A stretch of DNA of 64,000 nucleotides from Bacteroidota bacterium (lineage in GTDB: Bacteria > Bacteroidota > Bacteroidia > UKL13-3), in NCBI GenBank assembly GCA_947477885.1, contig CANJUD010000001.1, forward strand, positions 108,632 to 172,631, read 5' to 3'. Positions within the stretch are counted from its first letter, which is position 1. Each line of letters begins with the position of its first letter. Below are positions 1 through 9,802 of this stretch, one piece after another. A program made the position numbers and the translations under genes. The notes beneath the pieces are model-generated. The model saw only the letters and a program-made list of their open reading frames with translations. It did not search any database and was not told the DNA's origin.

Positions 1-342
1 TAACGCATCACATTCAGCAGCGTTGCTCATTTTTATTTTCACCATCCAACCATTACCATAAGGGTCGCTGTTGATGGCTTCTGGGTTTGTGTCGAGGCCT
101 TTGTTTACCTCAATCACATCACCACTTACGGGCATAAACAAATCGGAAACAGTTTTCACTGCTTCTACGGTGCCGAAGATTTCGTGTTGAGCCAAAGTTT
201 TGCCTGCTGATTCGATTTCAACAAACACGATATCGCCTAATTCGCGTTGGGCAAAATCGGTAACGCCTACAATTGCTACGTCGCCTTCCACGCGAACCCA
301 CTCGTGGTCACTGGTATAGCGGAGGTTTTCTGGAAAATTCAT
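1..342 (-). CDS. gcvH: Glycine cleavage system H protein, 3' end runs off the window (not in ORF track)
   Basis: Manual translation from ATG at 342: [42 protein letters not shown]...[19 protein letters not shown]...DPYGNGW, with the lipoyl-Lys motif EAVK. Confidence 0.97.
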   Translation of the reverse strand, partial: MNFPENLRYTSDHEWVRVEGDVAIVGVTDFAQRELGDIVFVEIESAGKTLAQHEIFGTVEAVKTVSDLFMPVSGDVIEVNKGLDTNPEAINSDPYGNGWMVKIKMSNAAECDAL

Positions 343-410
343 ATGATAAAATTATTTGCTGCAATATTATGCAATTTTTCTAAAACAAAAACAACCCTAA
401 TCACCGATTT

Positions 411-2219
411 TTGCAAAGATTTTATTTTTATCCCAAAAACAAATTTATCTTGCCCGAGCCAAAAAAAAATAAAAAAGCATTCGATCTGAGCTTACTTGGT
501 AAAATATATAAGCTCGCTCTTCCTTATAGGGGCTTCTTCTTCACGGCTATCGTCGCCACCATTTTAATGTCGATTCTCAACCCATTACGGGCACATCTTA
601 CCCAGATTGCCATCGATGATTATGTGGTGCATAAAGACCCTGTGGGCCTTTGGAATCTGAGTATGTTGATGATTGGCCTGCTCATGTTTCAAACTTTTGT
701 GCAGTTCGTTCAAGGATATTTTACAGCGATGGTAGGACAAGATGTAATCAAAACTTTAAGAGTCCGCGTGTTTAATTTTATCAGCAACTACAAACTTTCT
801 AAGCTTGACCAAACTCCTGTGGGCACACTTGTAACCCGTTCCATCAGCGACCTCGAGACTTTGGCCGATGTGTTTGCAGAGGGAGCTGTAAGTATTTTGG
901 GTGACCTCTTGCAAATAGTTTTCATCCTGGCATTGATGTTCTATAAAGACTGGAAACTTACTTTGGTTTGTCTTACAGTATTGCCATTTTTATTATATGC
1001 GGGATATATATTTAAAAACGCGGTGAATGCTTCGTTCAATGAAATTCGTGCACGCGTTACACAGCTCAACACCTTTGTGCAAGAGCATATACAAGGCATG
1101 CAGATCGTTCAAATATTTGGTCAGCAGAAAAAAGAATATAATAAGTTTGAAAAAATAAATGACGCACATCGCACTGCCCAGAACAGAGGTGTATTTGCTT
1201 ACGCCATATTTTTTCCAGTGGTCGAAATTATTACGGCTTTATCCACTGCATTGATTGTATGGTATGGTCTGAAATTTAATACACTCGCCACACACGAGGC
1301 TTCTCTAGGTTTGCTCACGGGCTTTATTATGCTCGTTAACCAATTTTTTAGACCTATTAGACAACTAGCAGATCGGTTTAATACTTTGCAAATGGGTATG
1401 GTGGCAGGTGATAGAATTTTCAAATTATTGGAAGAAGGAGATGTGATTGAAACGGGTGGAAGTATAATAAAAGATAAATTAAATGGCCATGTAAAATTTG
1501 AGCATGTAAAGTTTTCTTATAATGAAGGTCAGCCTGTATTGAATGATATAAGTTTTGAAGTGCGGCCAGGCAGAACCCTTGCTATTGTTGGAGCTACAGG
1601 TGCTGGTAAAAGTTCGGTAATCGGATTGGTGAATCGTTTTTATACAGGATATATTGGCAATATATATATAGATGATATACCTGTGGAGGATTTTGATTTG
1701 CAATGTTTACGTTCACGCATCAGTGTGGTGATGCAAGATGTATATCTTTTCTCGGGAACTATATTAGATAACTTAATTTTATTTGATACAACTGTATCAC
1801 AAGAAACAGTAGAAACAGCTTGCAAATTGGCAGGCATCCATGATTTTATTTCTGGTTTGCAACATGGATATTTGGAACATGTACACGAACGCGGTGCAAC
1901 CCTAAGCACTGGACAAAGACAACTAATAGCATTTGTGAGAACCATGCTTGCAAATCCCGATATTTTAATATTGGATGAAGCCACATCTTCAATAGACAGT
2001 GTAGCCGAACAAATGATACAAAAGGCCATCACTGTAGTGATGGAGGGCCGCACCAGCATTGTAATTGCACACAGACTTAGTACCATTAGAAAAGCCCACG
2101 AAATAATGGTAATGGATCAAGGACGTATTATAGAACGCGGAACCCACGAAGACTTATTAAAAAAACAAGGAGCCTATTATAATTTGTACCAGATGCAATT
2201 TGCGGGAGCAGAAGTATAA
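411..2219 (+). CDS. ABC transporter, fused permease/ATP-binding (MsbA/MdlB-like exporter); true start probably TTG at 450
   Basis: N-terminal TM helices, Walker A GATGAGKS, signature LSTGQRQ, Walker B ILILDEAT, H-loop IAHRLST. Confidence 0.92.
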   Translation: MQRFYFYPKNKFILPEPKKNKKAFDLSLLGKIYKLALPYRGFFFTAIVATILMSILNPLRAHLTQIAIDDYVVHKDPVGLWNLSMLMIGLLMFQTFVQFVQGYFTAMVGQDVIKTLRVRVFNFISNYKLSKLDQTPVGTLVTRSISDLETLADVFAEGAVSILGDLLQIVFILALMFYKDWKLTLVCLTVLPFLLYAGYIFKNAVNASFNEIRARVTQLNTFVQEHIQGMQIVQIFGQQKKEYNKFEKINDAHRTAQNRGVFAYAIFFPVVEIITALSTALIVWYGLKFNTLATHEASLGLLTGFIMLVNQFFRPIRQLADRFNTLQMGMVAGDRIFKLLEEGDVIETGGSIIKDKLNGHVKFEHVKFSYNEGQPVLNDISFEVRPGRTLAIVGATGAGKSSVIGLVNRFYTGYIGNIYIDDIPVEDFDLQCLRSRISVVMQDVYLFSGTILDNLILFDTTVSQETVETACKLAGIHDFISGLQHGYLEHVHERGATLSTGQRQLIAFVRTMLANPDILILDEATSSIDSVAEQMIQKAITVVMEGRTSIVIAHRLSTIRKAHEIMVMDQGRIIERGTHEDLLKKQGAYYNLYQMQFAGAEV

Positions 2220-2279
2220 TTGTTATTATATATTATAAAAACAATTTGTTCTTCTCCACAAAAAAATCGTAATTCGTAA

Positions 2280-2765
2280 TTGATTATGATAAAATCCCAC
2301 ACCTATCAACTCGACATCATCTGGACTGGCAATGATGGCTCAGGTACTACAGATTATGCCGCTTACCGAAGAGACTATACCCTTCAATGTAGCAACAAAA
2401 CCGATTTGCATTGCAGTGCCGATGCACCTTTTCGTGGCGACCCAAATAAATATAATCCGGAAGATATGTTTTTGTCTTCTCTTTCTTCTTGTCACATGTT
2501 ATGGTATTTGCACTTGTGTGCCGATGCAGGTATTATAGTAACAGAATATCGTGACCATGCCACAGGGTTGATGACGGAAAGCTATAATGGTGGAGGCGGA
2601 AAATTTGTAGAGGTGCTGTTAAGCCCAGTAGTAACTGTAGCTGATGCAAGTATGGTAGATAAGGCTTATGAGTTGCACGATGCTGCACGCGAGAAGTGTT
2701 TCATTGCAAACTCATGCAATTTTACTGTTATGCATCATCCAGAGTGTAGGTCGTTTAATATGTAA
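2280..2765 (+). CDS. OsmC family protein
   Basis: NPEDMFLSSLSSCHMLWY and AREKCFIANS, the two conserved Cys motifs of OsmC/Ohr. Confidence 0.88.
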   Translation: MIMIKSHTYQLDIIWTGNDGSGTTDYAAYRRDYTLQCSNKTDLHCSADAPFRGDPNKYNPEDMFLSSLSSCHMLWYLHLCADAGIIVTEYRDHATGLMTESYNGGGGKFVEVLLSPVVTVADASMVDKAYELHDAAREKCFIANSCNFTVMHHPECRSFNM

Positions 2766-2771
2766 TATGAA

Positions 2772-4529
2772 TTACTTTATAGGTAGCGGACCAAACCAAA
2801 GTATGTGCACATCCAACGGTCCAAAATCTAATTTTAGCTTTTCTTTGTATATGGGTAAACTATAATTATTATTAGTGTATGAAACTTTATAGTTTTTGCT
2901 TGATACTTCATTTTTGTCTTCAAACATGATATATGCACTATCCGATTTATTAATCAACTCGCTTTTTATTGTAGAAAAATCGAGTGTGGTGGAAACGGCT
3001 TTGTAGTATGGGTTTGATACAATCATGATTACATTTTCTCCATTGGTTCTTATTGTATATCGCAATCCATAATGCTCATTTCTATATTCTTTTTTCAACC
3101 CTTTTATATATTTTTTTGCAGCAGGTAGTATATAGTTTGTATCGGCGTGGTCGGTTTTACCCATTAGAATAGTATTAGCGTCGGTGGATATTAAATTAAG
3201 ATTGACTAGATACCGCACTTGTTTGGTTAATTTGCTTAAATAGTTTTTATATAGTTTAGGGAAATTTTCTCTGTCATATCTCGAGGAGTCTTTGGGATTA
3301 TCCCACACATTGGGGTTCTCGCTTTTGTCCCACATATCGTGTAGCCACCAGAACCAGATACCATTGGCACCATGTATAATAGAAGTATATGCCTGAAACC
3401 AAAGCCAGTTCGCATTTTTGATATTGGTATCCAAATGATAATTGTTCAAATATCCACTACCATCCACATATAACCTATCTGCATCTGCAATTACTTTTTG
3501 AACATTATTGCTATACTTTTTTGCATAGTCAATCGATTTGAATTGTCCCAAATAATGATATTGGTTATTATATATATTACTATATTTTTCTCGTGTGCGT
3601 TTTGTTCTGTTACCCATAGGAGTGTATGAGCCTTCAAATACTACATCCTCTTTTTGGGTCATCATTTTTATATAATCCTGCGAATTATACCCCACCCATT
3701 TATGGGCAACAGAATCATATACACTTTTATTGTCGTCGCTGGAATTATCGTTAATAGATTTACCATGATTGGCGGGCATGGTGACAAAATGATGATTGAG
3801 TACGCCATTAGAAGCAAGCAAATTTTTGAAATAATTTTTAGCCATCAATACATTTTGTGGAGGTGTTTCACATTTATAATAATAGGGAAACTTAGCGTTG
3901 AAACCATTACATGTTGTGCTACTTGCTTCAAACTCTCCCCATCCCGCAAAACCCTTGCAATCATTGGCTCGGTGCTGTAGGTGGCAATATTCTCCCTCTT
4001 CAGTTAAATGGTAACCCCACACTGCATCTTTATAAGGAGCTTTCGAAAATACACTTGTAAAATAGTTGTTATAATCTATCCTATACAATCCCTTGTCTTC
4101 CGGACATAGATGTGGCAATAATTTTGCCCCGCAAGCATCATATATATTTTCGCCCTTACCATAAAAAGTATCATTGATTAGGGTAGGCTTAAAATAATAT
4201 CCCAAACCCACATGCATTTTTATACCCATTTTTTTTGCCAAAATTAATTCCTGCTTCAAAAAATTTTCACGAGCTCCCGATGAGCATGCTTCGTAACGCA
4301 CATAGGTGTTGAAACCATCCTGCACCAGCACATTAAACACACTACTGTAATAGTTATCTTTTATAAAAGGTTCGCTATACGGAATATACCCCAAGCTATC
4401 ACTATAATAATATCCCAGGCTGGTACCAAACATCCCGATTCTGAAATCGTTGGTGGGGCTTTGGGCTTGGGATGACAAAGCAAAAAACTGGAGTAGTATT
4501 ATATATATATATTGACAATCCCTTCTCAT
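2772..4529 (-). CDS. Secreted hypothetical protein, possibly a glycoside-hydrolase-like TIM barrel plus beta-sandwich
   Basis: ORF 2772..4619; likely start MRRDC at 4529 with signal peptide (IYIILLQFFALSSQA); motifs FRIGMFG, WGYHLTEEG, YTSIIHGANGIWFWW. The fold is inferred. Confidence 0.55.
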   Translation of the reverse strand: MRRDCQYIYIILLQFFALSSQAQSPTNDFRIGMFGTSLGYYYSDSLGYIPYSEPFIKDNYYSSVFNVLVQDGFNTYVRYEACSSGARENFLKQELILAKKMGIKMHVGLGYYFKPTLINDTFYGKGENIYDACGAKLLPHLCPEDKGLYRIDYNNYFTSVFSKAPYKDAVWGYHLTEEGEYCHLQHRANDCKGFAGWGEFEASSTTCNGFNAKFPYYYKCETPPQNVLMAKNYFKNLLASNGVLNHHFVTMPANHGKSINDNSSDDNKSVYDSVAHKWVGYNSQDYIKMMTQKEDVVFEGSYTPMGNRTKRTREKYSNIYNNQYHYLGQFKSIDYAKKYSNNVQKVIADADRLYVDGSGYLNNYHLDTNIKNANWLWFQAYTSIIHGANGIWFWWLHDMWDKSENPNVWDNPKDSSRYDRENFPKLYKNYLSKLTKQVRYLVNLNLISTDANTILMGKTDHADTNYILPAAKKYIKGLKKEYRNEHYGLRYTIRTNGENVIMIVSNPYYKAVSTTLDFSTIKSELINKSDSAYIMFEDKNEVSSKNYKVSYTNNNYSLPIYKEKLKLDFGPLDVHILWFGPLPIK

Positions 4530-4620
4530 AATATTGGCACATTTAAGATATTTTAATTTGTATTTACATAGAATAATATCATTGTTTTCTGGCAATATTG
4601 CATTTTTACTATAATACATA

Positions 4621-5025
4621 TTATTTCTTTCTAAGAATCGAAATCAAAAGTAATAATCCATCTGGATTGTTTTCTTCTAACAACAATAATCTGTCGGTAG
4701 CTGAAGAGGTTTTTAAAACAGCCTTCTCATCATCCATCGGATTATCTTCTATCCATAAAAAATCGGAAGTGAAATCTATCGCTTCTGTCTTTTGATTTTT
4801 CCAATTGGTAGGCTTAATTTTTTGTAATAGAGCCATCGTATCCTCATCGAAATATTTTTTAAGATATTTGAGCGTATTACCTGTATCGCCCTTGCAGTGC
4901 GCAGTGAGCCAATAGCAATCGAAGTTTTCTATGATATAATGAATAAAGGGCACGGCAAAATTTGCAGCCTTAGTTGGTCGGGTACTAAGTAAAATGCCAT
5001 CAATATCTATATATAGTTTTTTCAT
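4621..5025 (-). CDS. Small HAD-superfamily protein (HAD_SAK-like); start trimmed to MKKLYIDIDG
   Basis: N-terminal DxD motif YIDIDGIL, WLT motif II, acidic C-terminal motif LWIEDN. Confidence 0.6.
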   Translation of the reverse strand: MKKLYIDIDGILLSTRPTKAANFAVPFIHYIIENFDCYWLTAHCKGDTGNTLKYLKKYFDEDTMALLQKIKPTNWKNQKTEAIDFTSDFLWIEDNPMDDEKAVLKTSSATDRLLLLEENNPDGLLLLISILRKK

Positions 5026-5042
5026 TGTGTTATAATCTGTGT

Positions 5043-5227
5043 AATCCTTTAATCCGCGTAATCCATGATTTAGACAGTGACTGCCCTTGCGAAAAATATA
5101 TTCAATGCTTCGTCCCAATGCTCCCGATAGCTATCGGCAGCCATGTGGGAAGCTTCCTCGCAATGACGGCAAGATAAGTATTATAATGTCCTGTCCATCC
5201 TTTAATCCTAAAAAATCCTGTTCAGAC
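5043..5227. repeat. Composite repeat: two direct AATCC-periodic arms (5043-5075, 5196-5227) around a degenerate CGTC element (about 5083-5168)
   Basis: aatcctttaatccgcgtaatccatgatttagac vs catcctttaatcctaaaaaatcctgttcagac; ttcctcgcaatgacg at 5154-5168; nested cccgatagctatcgg. Confidence 0.65.
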
Positions 5228-5230
5228 AAT

Positions 5231-7081
5231 TTACGCATCCACCAAATCATCCAACTCCACCCGTAAATTTTCTATAATAAAGTTCTGCCTATCGGGTGTG
5301 TTTTTGCCCATAAAGTATTCGAGCATTTTTTGTATATTAGTTTCTGATTTTAGGAAGACTGGGACAAGACGCATGCGGTCGCCGATGAACTGTTCAAACT
5401 CGCCTGGAGATATCTCTCCCAGCCCTTTGAAACGTGTGATCTCTGGCTTTGCACCGAGCTCTTTCATTGCTGCTTGTTTTTCTTCTTCATTATAACAATA
5501 CATTGTTTTTTGTTTGTTACGAACTCGGAATAAGGGCGTCTCCAAAATAAATACATGTCCGTTGCGAACGATGTCGGGAAAAAATTGCAAAAAGAAAGTT
5601 AATAATAACAATCGTATATGCATACCATCCACATCGGCATCGGTGGCCACTACTATTCTATTATAACGCAATCCTTCAATTCCATCTTCTATATTTAATG
5701 CATGTTGCAATAAATTAAATTCTTCGTTTTCATATACTACTTTTTTGGTGAGACCATAGCAATTTAGTGGTTTACCACGCAAGCTGAACACCGCTTGCGT
5801 CTCCACTTTGCGTGATTTGGTTAGCGAACCGCTCGCAGAATCTCCCTCCGTAATAAATAATGTAGTTTCTAAAGTTTTGTCATCACTTTCTTCGCCCAAA
5901 TGGAAACGGCAATCACGTAATTTTTTATTATGAAGATTTGCTTTTTTTGCTCGCTCGTTTGCCAATTTTTTAATGCCCGCCATCTCTTTACGTTCGCGTT
6001 CACTCTGCATTATTTTTTTCTGCAAGGCATCGGCAACAGTTGGATTTTTATGCAAGAAATCGTCAAGTGCTTTTTTCAGAAAATCATTGATAAACATTTT
6101 TACCGTAGGGCCATCAGGTCCCACATTTTGTGAACCAAGTTTTGTTTTCGTTTGGCTCTCAAAAACTGGTTCTTGCACACGAACAGAAATCGCAGCTATA
6201 ATAGATGCTCGCACATCGGCTGCATCAAAATCTTTTTTATAAAACTCACGCACCGTTTTCACCATTGCCTCGCGGAATGCTGATAGATGTGTACCGCCTT
6301 GTGTGGTGTGCTGTCCGTTCACAAATGCATAATACTCTTCTCCATATTGATCGCCATGGGTGAAGGCAACTTCTATATCTTCACCTTTCAAATGTATAAT
6401 AGGATAACGAATACCATCTTCGGTGGTTTTTTCCGTCATCAAATCCAACAATCCATTTTTCGATTGAAATTTTTGTTTATTATAATATAATGTTAATCCT
6501 GCATTGAGGTATGCATAATTCTTAATTTGATTCTCTAAAAACTCTGGAATAAATCTATAGTTTTTAAATATTGTTTCATCGGGGGTAAAAGATATAATAG
6601 TTCCGTTTTCTTCAGTGGTTTTTCCTTCTTTGTGGTCTTTCAAAATCACACCTCGTTCAAACTCGGCAATTTTTGTTTTTCCATCACGCACACTCTGCAC
6701 CTTAAAATATCCGGACAAAGCATTCACTGCCTTCGTTCCCACACCATTCAACCCTACTGCTTTTTGGAAAGCTTTGCTATCATATTTACCTCCTGTATTT
6801 ATTTTGCTCACACAGTCTATCACCTTGCCCAATGGAATTCCACGGCCAAAGTCACGCACCAAAACTTTGTGGTCAGTAATCGAAATGTCAATGGTTTTTC
6901 CATTGCCCATCACGTGCTCGTCGATACTGTTGTCGATAATTTCTTTCACTAGCACATAGATGCCATCATCCATCGCCGAGCCATCGCCCAACTTGCCTAT
7001 ATACATGCCCGGCCTAAGGCGTATATGCTCTTTCCAGTCTAGCGACCGGATACTGCTTTCATCGTAATCTGATTTTGCCAT
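5231..7081 (-). CDS. parE: DNA topoisomerase IV subunit B
   Basis: [67 protein letters not shown]; 616-aa Bacteroidota ParE-like length. Confidence 0.9.
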   Translation of the reverse strand: MAKSDYDESSIRSLDWKEHIRLRPGMYIGKLGDGSAMDDGIYVLVKEIIDNSIDEHVMGNGKTIDISITDHKVLVRDFGRGIPLGKVIDCVSKINTGGKYDSKAFQKAVGLNGVGTKAVNALSGYFKVQSVRDGKTKIAEFERGVILKDHKEGKTTEENGTIISFTPDETIFKNYRFIPEFLENQIKNYAYLNAGLTLYYNKQKFQSKNGLLDLMTEKTTEDGIRYPIIHLKGEDIEVAFTHGDQYGEEYYAFVNGQHTTQGGTHLSAFREAMVKTVREFYKKDFDAADVRASIIAAISVRVQEPVFESQTKTKLGSQNVGPDGPTVKMFINDFLKKALDDFLHKNPTVADALQKKIMQSERERKEMAGIKKLANERAKKANLHNKKLRDCRFHLGEESDDKTLETTLFITEGDSASGSLTKSRKVETQAVFSLRGKPLNCYGLTKKVVYENEEFNLLQHALNIEDGIEGLRYNRIVVATDADVDGMHIRLLLLTFFLQFFPDIVRNGHVFILETPLFRVRNKQKTMYCYNEEEKQAAMKELGAKPEITRFKGLGEISPGEFEQFIGDRMRLVPVFLKSETNIQKMLEYFMGKNTPDRQNFIIENLRVELDDLVDA

Positions 7082-7088
7082 ATTGGTG

Positions 7089-7096
7089 CAAAGTTA
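7089..7096 (-). promoter_or_regulatory. Bacteroidota -7 promoter element for parE
   Basis: TAACTTTG on the minus strand just upstream of the start; matches TAnnTTTG. Confidence 0.65.
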
Positions 7097-7182
7097 TATT
7101 CTTAATAGCCATACTTACCATTTGTTTTTACAGAAACTTTGCACGGGTTGGTGTGGAATGATTGGGCATGCTAGATTTTACG

Positions 7183-7336
7183 CGTCATTGCGAGGAGGCT
7201 TACGACGTGGCAATCCCATGGAGTGTGTGCTCGATAAGAAATAATCTCCACATAATTCCATCAAACGGTGCACACTTCAATGGAATTGCCACGTAACCCC
7301 CGACTCAAAGCCAACGCGTCGTTCCTCGCAATGACG
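7183..7336. repeat. CGTC-tagged palindromic element E1 (REP/MITE-like)
   Basis: Perfect 14-bp terminal IR CGTCATTGCGAGGA / TCCTCGCAATGACG; internal core CCCATGGAGTGTGTGCTCG...GTGCACACTTC. Confidence 0.9.
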
Positions 7337-7381
7337 GTAATAGATTTTTGTTAATTTTTAGGCCTTAATGATATATAATTC

Positions 7382-8113
7382 CTACAAACCCAACACATCC
7401 CCCATCGAAAAAATGCCCTGCTTATTATATATATATTCTGCGGCTAAAACTGCTCCCAACGCAAAGCCATTGCGGTTATGGGCCGTATGCGTTATTTGTA
7501 TAGAATCAATTTCACTATCATAGTTCACTTGATGTGTTCCCGGAACTTCACTATCACGTCTGGACAAAATGGATAATTCTCCTGAATTAATTTCTACACT
7601 TTCATTTTCTAAAATTGCCTTGATAGTATGATAGTCTTTGTGGTTTTTAAAAATTCCTGAAGCCAAAGTTGATGCTGTTCCACTCGGATGATCTTTTTTA
7701 TGAATATGATGCGTTTCGTCGATAGATATATGATAGTCTTTTAACTTATTTATATAACTTGCCAACTGCTCATTAATCTTAAAAAATATATTTACTCCCG
7801 GACTAAAATTAGTCGCAGTTAACATACTTCCATTTTGTTCTTTACAATATTTTTCTGCATCGGCCAAATGTGCGTACCACCCTGTAGTTCCTGACACTAC
7901 TGGAATTTTATAATCAATACATTTTAACATATTGTCAAATGCATTTTCAGGTGTGGTAAGTTCGATAGCTACATCGCACTTTGAGATATTTTCTTGGGTA
8001 AACTCATGCAGGTTTTTTGAGTTGATGATTAACCCAATTTCATGCCCGCGTTGTAGTGCAACTTGTTCAACTATTTTGGATAATTTTCCGTGGCCTATTA
8101 ATGCTATTTTCAT
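7382..8113 (-). CDS. dapB: 4-hydroxy-tetrahydrodipicolinate reductase
   Basis: IALIGHGK, VVSGTTGW, ETHHIHKKDHPSGTA, RNGFALGAVLAA. Confidence 0.95.
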   Translation of the reverse strand: MKIALIGHGKLSKIVEQVALQRGHEIGLIINSKNLHEFTQENISKCDVAIELTTPENAFDNMLKCIDYKIPVVSGTTGWYAHLADAEKYCKEQNGSMLTATNFSPGVNIFFKINEQLASYINKLKDYHISIDETHHIHKKDHPSGTASTLASGIFKNHKDYHTIKAILENESVEINSGELSILSRRDSEVPGTHQVNYDSEIDSIQITHTAHNRNGFALGAVLAAEYIYNKQGIFSMGDVLGL

Positions 8114-8145
8114 ATTAGTATCAAGTACTTTTTACCAATTTATTT

Positions 8146-9225
8146 TCAAAGTATTATATTATATTTCTTTCCTATTTCTGTTAAATCATTATATACCAAT
8201 TGATGCAGTGGAATGCCATATAACATGCGTTCCTCGGCACACTCACGCTCTGGTTGCCCGGGTATGAGCACAGGATTTTCTATATTAATGGGGATAGATT
8301 TTTGAAATGTTTCGATCCACAAATCCATATTTCTATAATAGTCTTCTTTTTCCTGAAATGCATCTACCCGCATCACCCCAAATATATGGCCGACTCCTTT
8401 GCCAGGAGCATTGGGAAGCACAGGTAAAAAACTCACAAAAGGCGGCACGAACGGACCAAAATTGGCTCCACCCAATACACCAGAAAATATATCAACTACA
8501 GCACCTAATCCATAACCTTTATGATATCCCAATTCTGCAAAACTGCCCAGAGGCAATAGCGAACCTTTGTTCTTTAAAGCATTTGCATCAGTAGTGTTTT
8601 CGCCATTTTCAGTTTGTATCCAACCTTCTGGAACTGATTTGTTTTTGCGTTGAGCGATCTCTAATTTCCCATTTGCAGCTGCTGATGTAGCAGTATCTAC
8701 TATAACCGGATGTTGATTTCGGGAAGGAAATGCAAAGCACATCGGGTTTGTGCCCAGCATACGCTGCTTGCTGCCAGCAGGTGCCACAAGCGGACTCGCA
8801 TTGGTCATCGCAATTCCTATCATATCATGTGGCAAGGCTTTCATGGCATGGTGTGCGGCAATTCCAAAATGATTGGAGTTGTGAACGGTGACCCAAGCAC
8901 TTCCAACATTGTTTGCCTTTTCTATAGCTACATTCATTGCATAAGCACCTGACACCAAACCGAGAGCTAAATCAGCGTCAATATTAGCTGTAGAAGGCGT
9001 TTCGCGTGTTATATATATATTCGGTTTTGCATTGGCACGTCCCGCTTCCAATAATCTTATATAACCCGATAATCTAGCTACTCCATGTGAATCGATTCCG
9101 CGTAAATCGGCATCTAGAAGCGTATTTGCTCCTTGTAGTGCATGCTCACTTGAAAAGCCGACGTGCTCAAACACTTGAACCACAAAGCGGTGCAATTTTT
9201 CGGAGGCTATTATTACTTCTTCCAT
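8146..9225 (-). CDS. Ldh_2 family (malate/L-lactate-type) oxidoreductase
   Basis: ADLRGIDSHGV, NSNHFG, GTNPMCFAFP, HKGYGL, IPGQPE. Confidence 0.9.
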   Translation of the reverse strand: MEEVIIASEKLHRFVVQVFEHVGFSSEHALQGANTLLDADLRGIDSHGVARLSGYIRLLEAGRANAKPNIYITRETPSTANIDADLALGLVSGAYAMNVAIEKANNVGSAWVTVHNSNHFGIAAHHAMKALPHDMIGIAMTNASPLVAPAGSKQRMLGTNPMCFAFPSRNQHPVIVDTATSAAANGKLEIAQRKNKSVPEGWIQTENGENTTDANALKNKGSLLPLGSFAELGYHKGYGLGAVVDIFSGVLGGANFGPFVPPFVSFLPVLPNAPGKGVGHIFGVMRVDAFQEKEDYYRNMDLWIETFQKSIPINIENPVLIPGQPERECAEERMLYGIPLHQLVYNDLTEIGKKYNIIL

Positions 9226-9258
9226 TGAGATTGCAATGTTAAGATTTAATTTTGTGAA

Positions 9259-9618
9259 ATGGAAAAAGTATTACTCATAGGTGCAAGTCCCAATCCCGAG
9301 CGATATGCCTACAAAGCTTTTAAACTTTTACGGAGCCATGGGCATGAGGTGGTTTTGCTCAGTATAAAAAAAGACGAAATTGACGGCGTAAAATTTATCA
9401 ACGAATTCCCGAAGAACGAAAATTTTGATACGGTAACATTATATATAAATCCGCAAATACAAAAACAGTATTATAATGATTTGGTTGCATTAAAAACCAA
9501 ACGTATTATATTTAATCCTGGAACCGAGAATGAAGAACTATATAATTTATTGGATGAAAATAATATATTATATTTGGAGGCATGTACCTTGGTCTTGCTG
9601 AGAACGGGACAGTATTAA
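9259..9618 (+). CDS. CoA-binding domain protein (YccU-like)
   Basis: IGASPNPERYA, DTVTLYI, IFNPGTEN, EACTLVLL; TAATTTTG promoter at 9247-9254. Confidence 0.9.
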   Translation: MEKVLLIGASPNPERYAYKAFKLLRSHGHEVVLLSIKKDEIDGVKFINEFPKNENFDTVTLYINPQIQKQYYNDLVALKTKRIIFNPGTENEELYNLLDENNILYLEACTLVLLRTGQY

Positions 9619-9651
9619 ACTCCCAACATTAGCTCGAAATGTAGCATGTGT

Positions 9652-9802
9652 GCGTCATTCTGACGAGGAACGAGGAAGAATCCCATGGAGTGTATGCTCG
9701 GGAATTTCAATATCGACGAGCACACTTCTATGGGATTCTTCGTCTCGTCAGAAAATGGGAATAACTTTATATTAATATTTCTGACGAGACTCAGAATGAC
9801 GC
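9652..9802. repeat. CGTC-tagged palindromic element E2; overlaps the waaA stop
   Basis: 12-bp terminal IR GCGTCATTCTGA / TCAGAATGACGC; same core as E1; nested IR GTCTCGTCAGAAA / TTTCTGACGAGAC. Confidence 0.9.

Noticed and set aside
5026-5118. N-terminal extension of the HAD-like ORF (MGRSIEY...)
   Set aside because: Runs through repeat DNA; the DxD motif sits right after the Met at 5025. Similar over-long starts were trimmed for 2772..4619, ndk and the lipoprotein
5231-7081. parE without adjacent parC, and yicC (22269-23141) without gmk
   Set aside because: Simple gene-order rearrangement; partners are probably elsewhere in the genome
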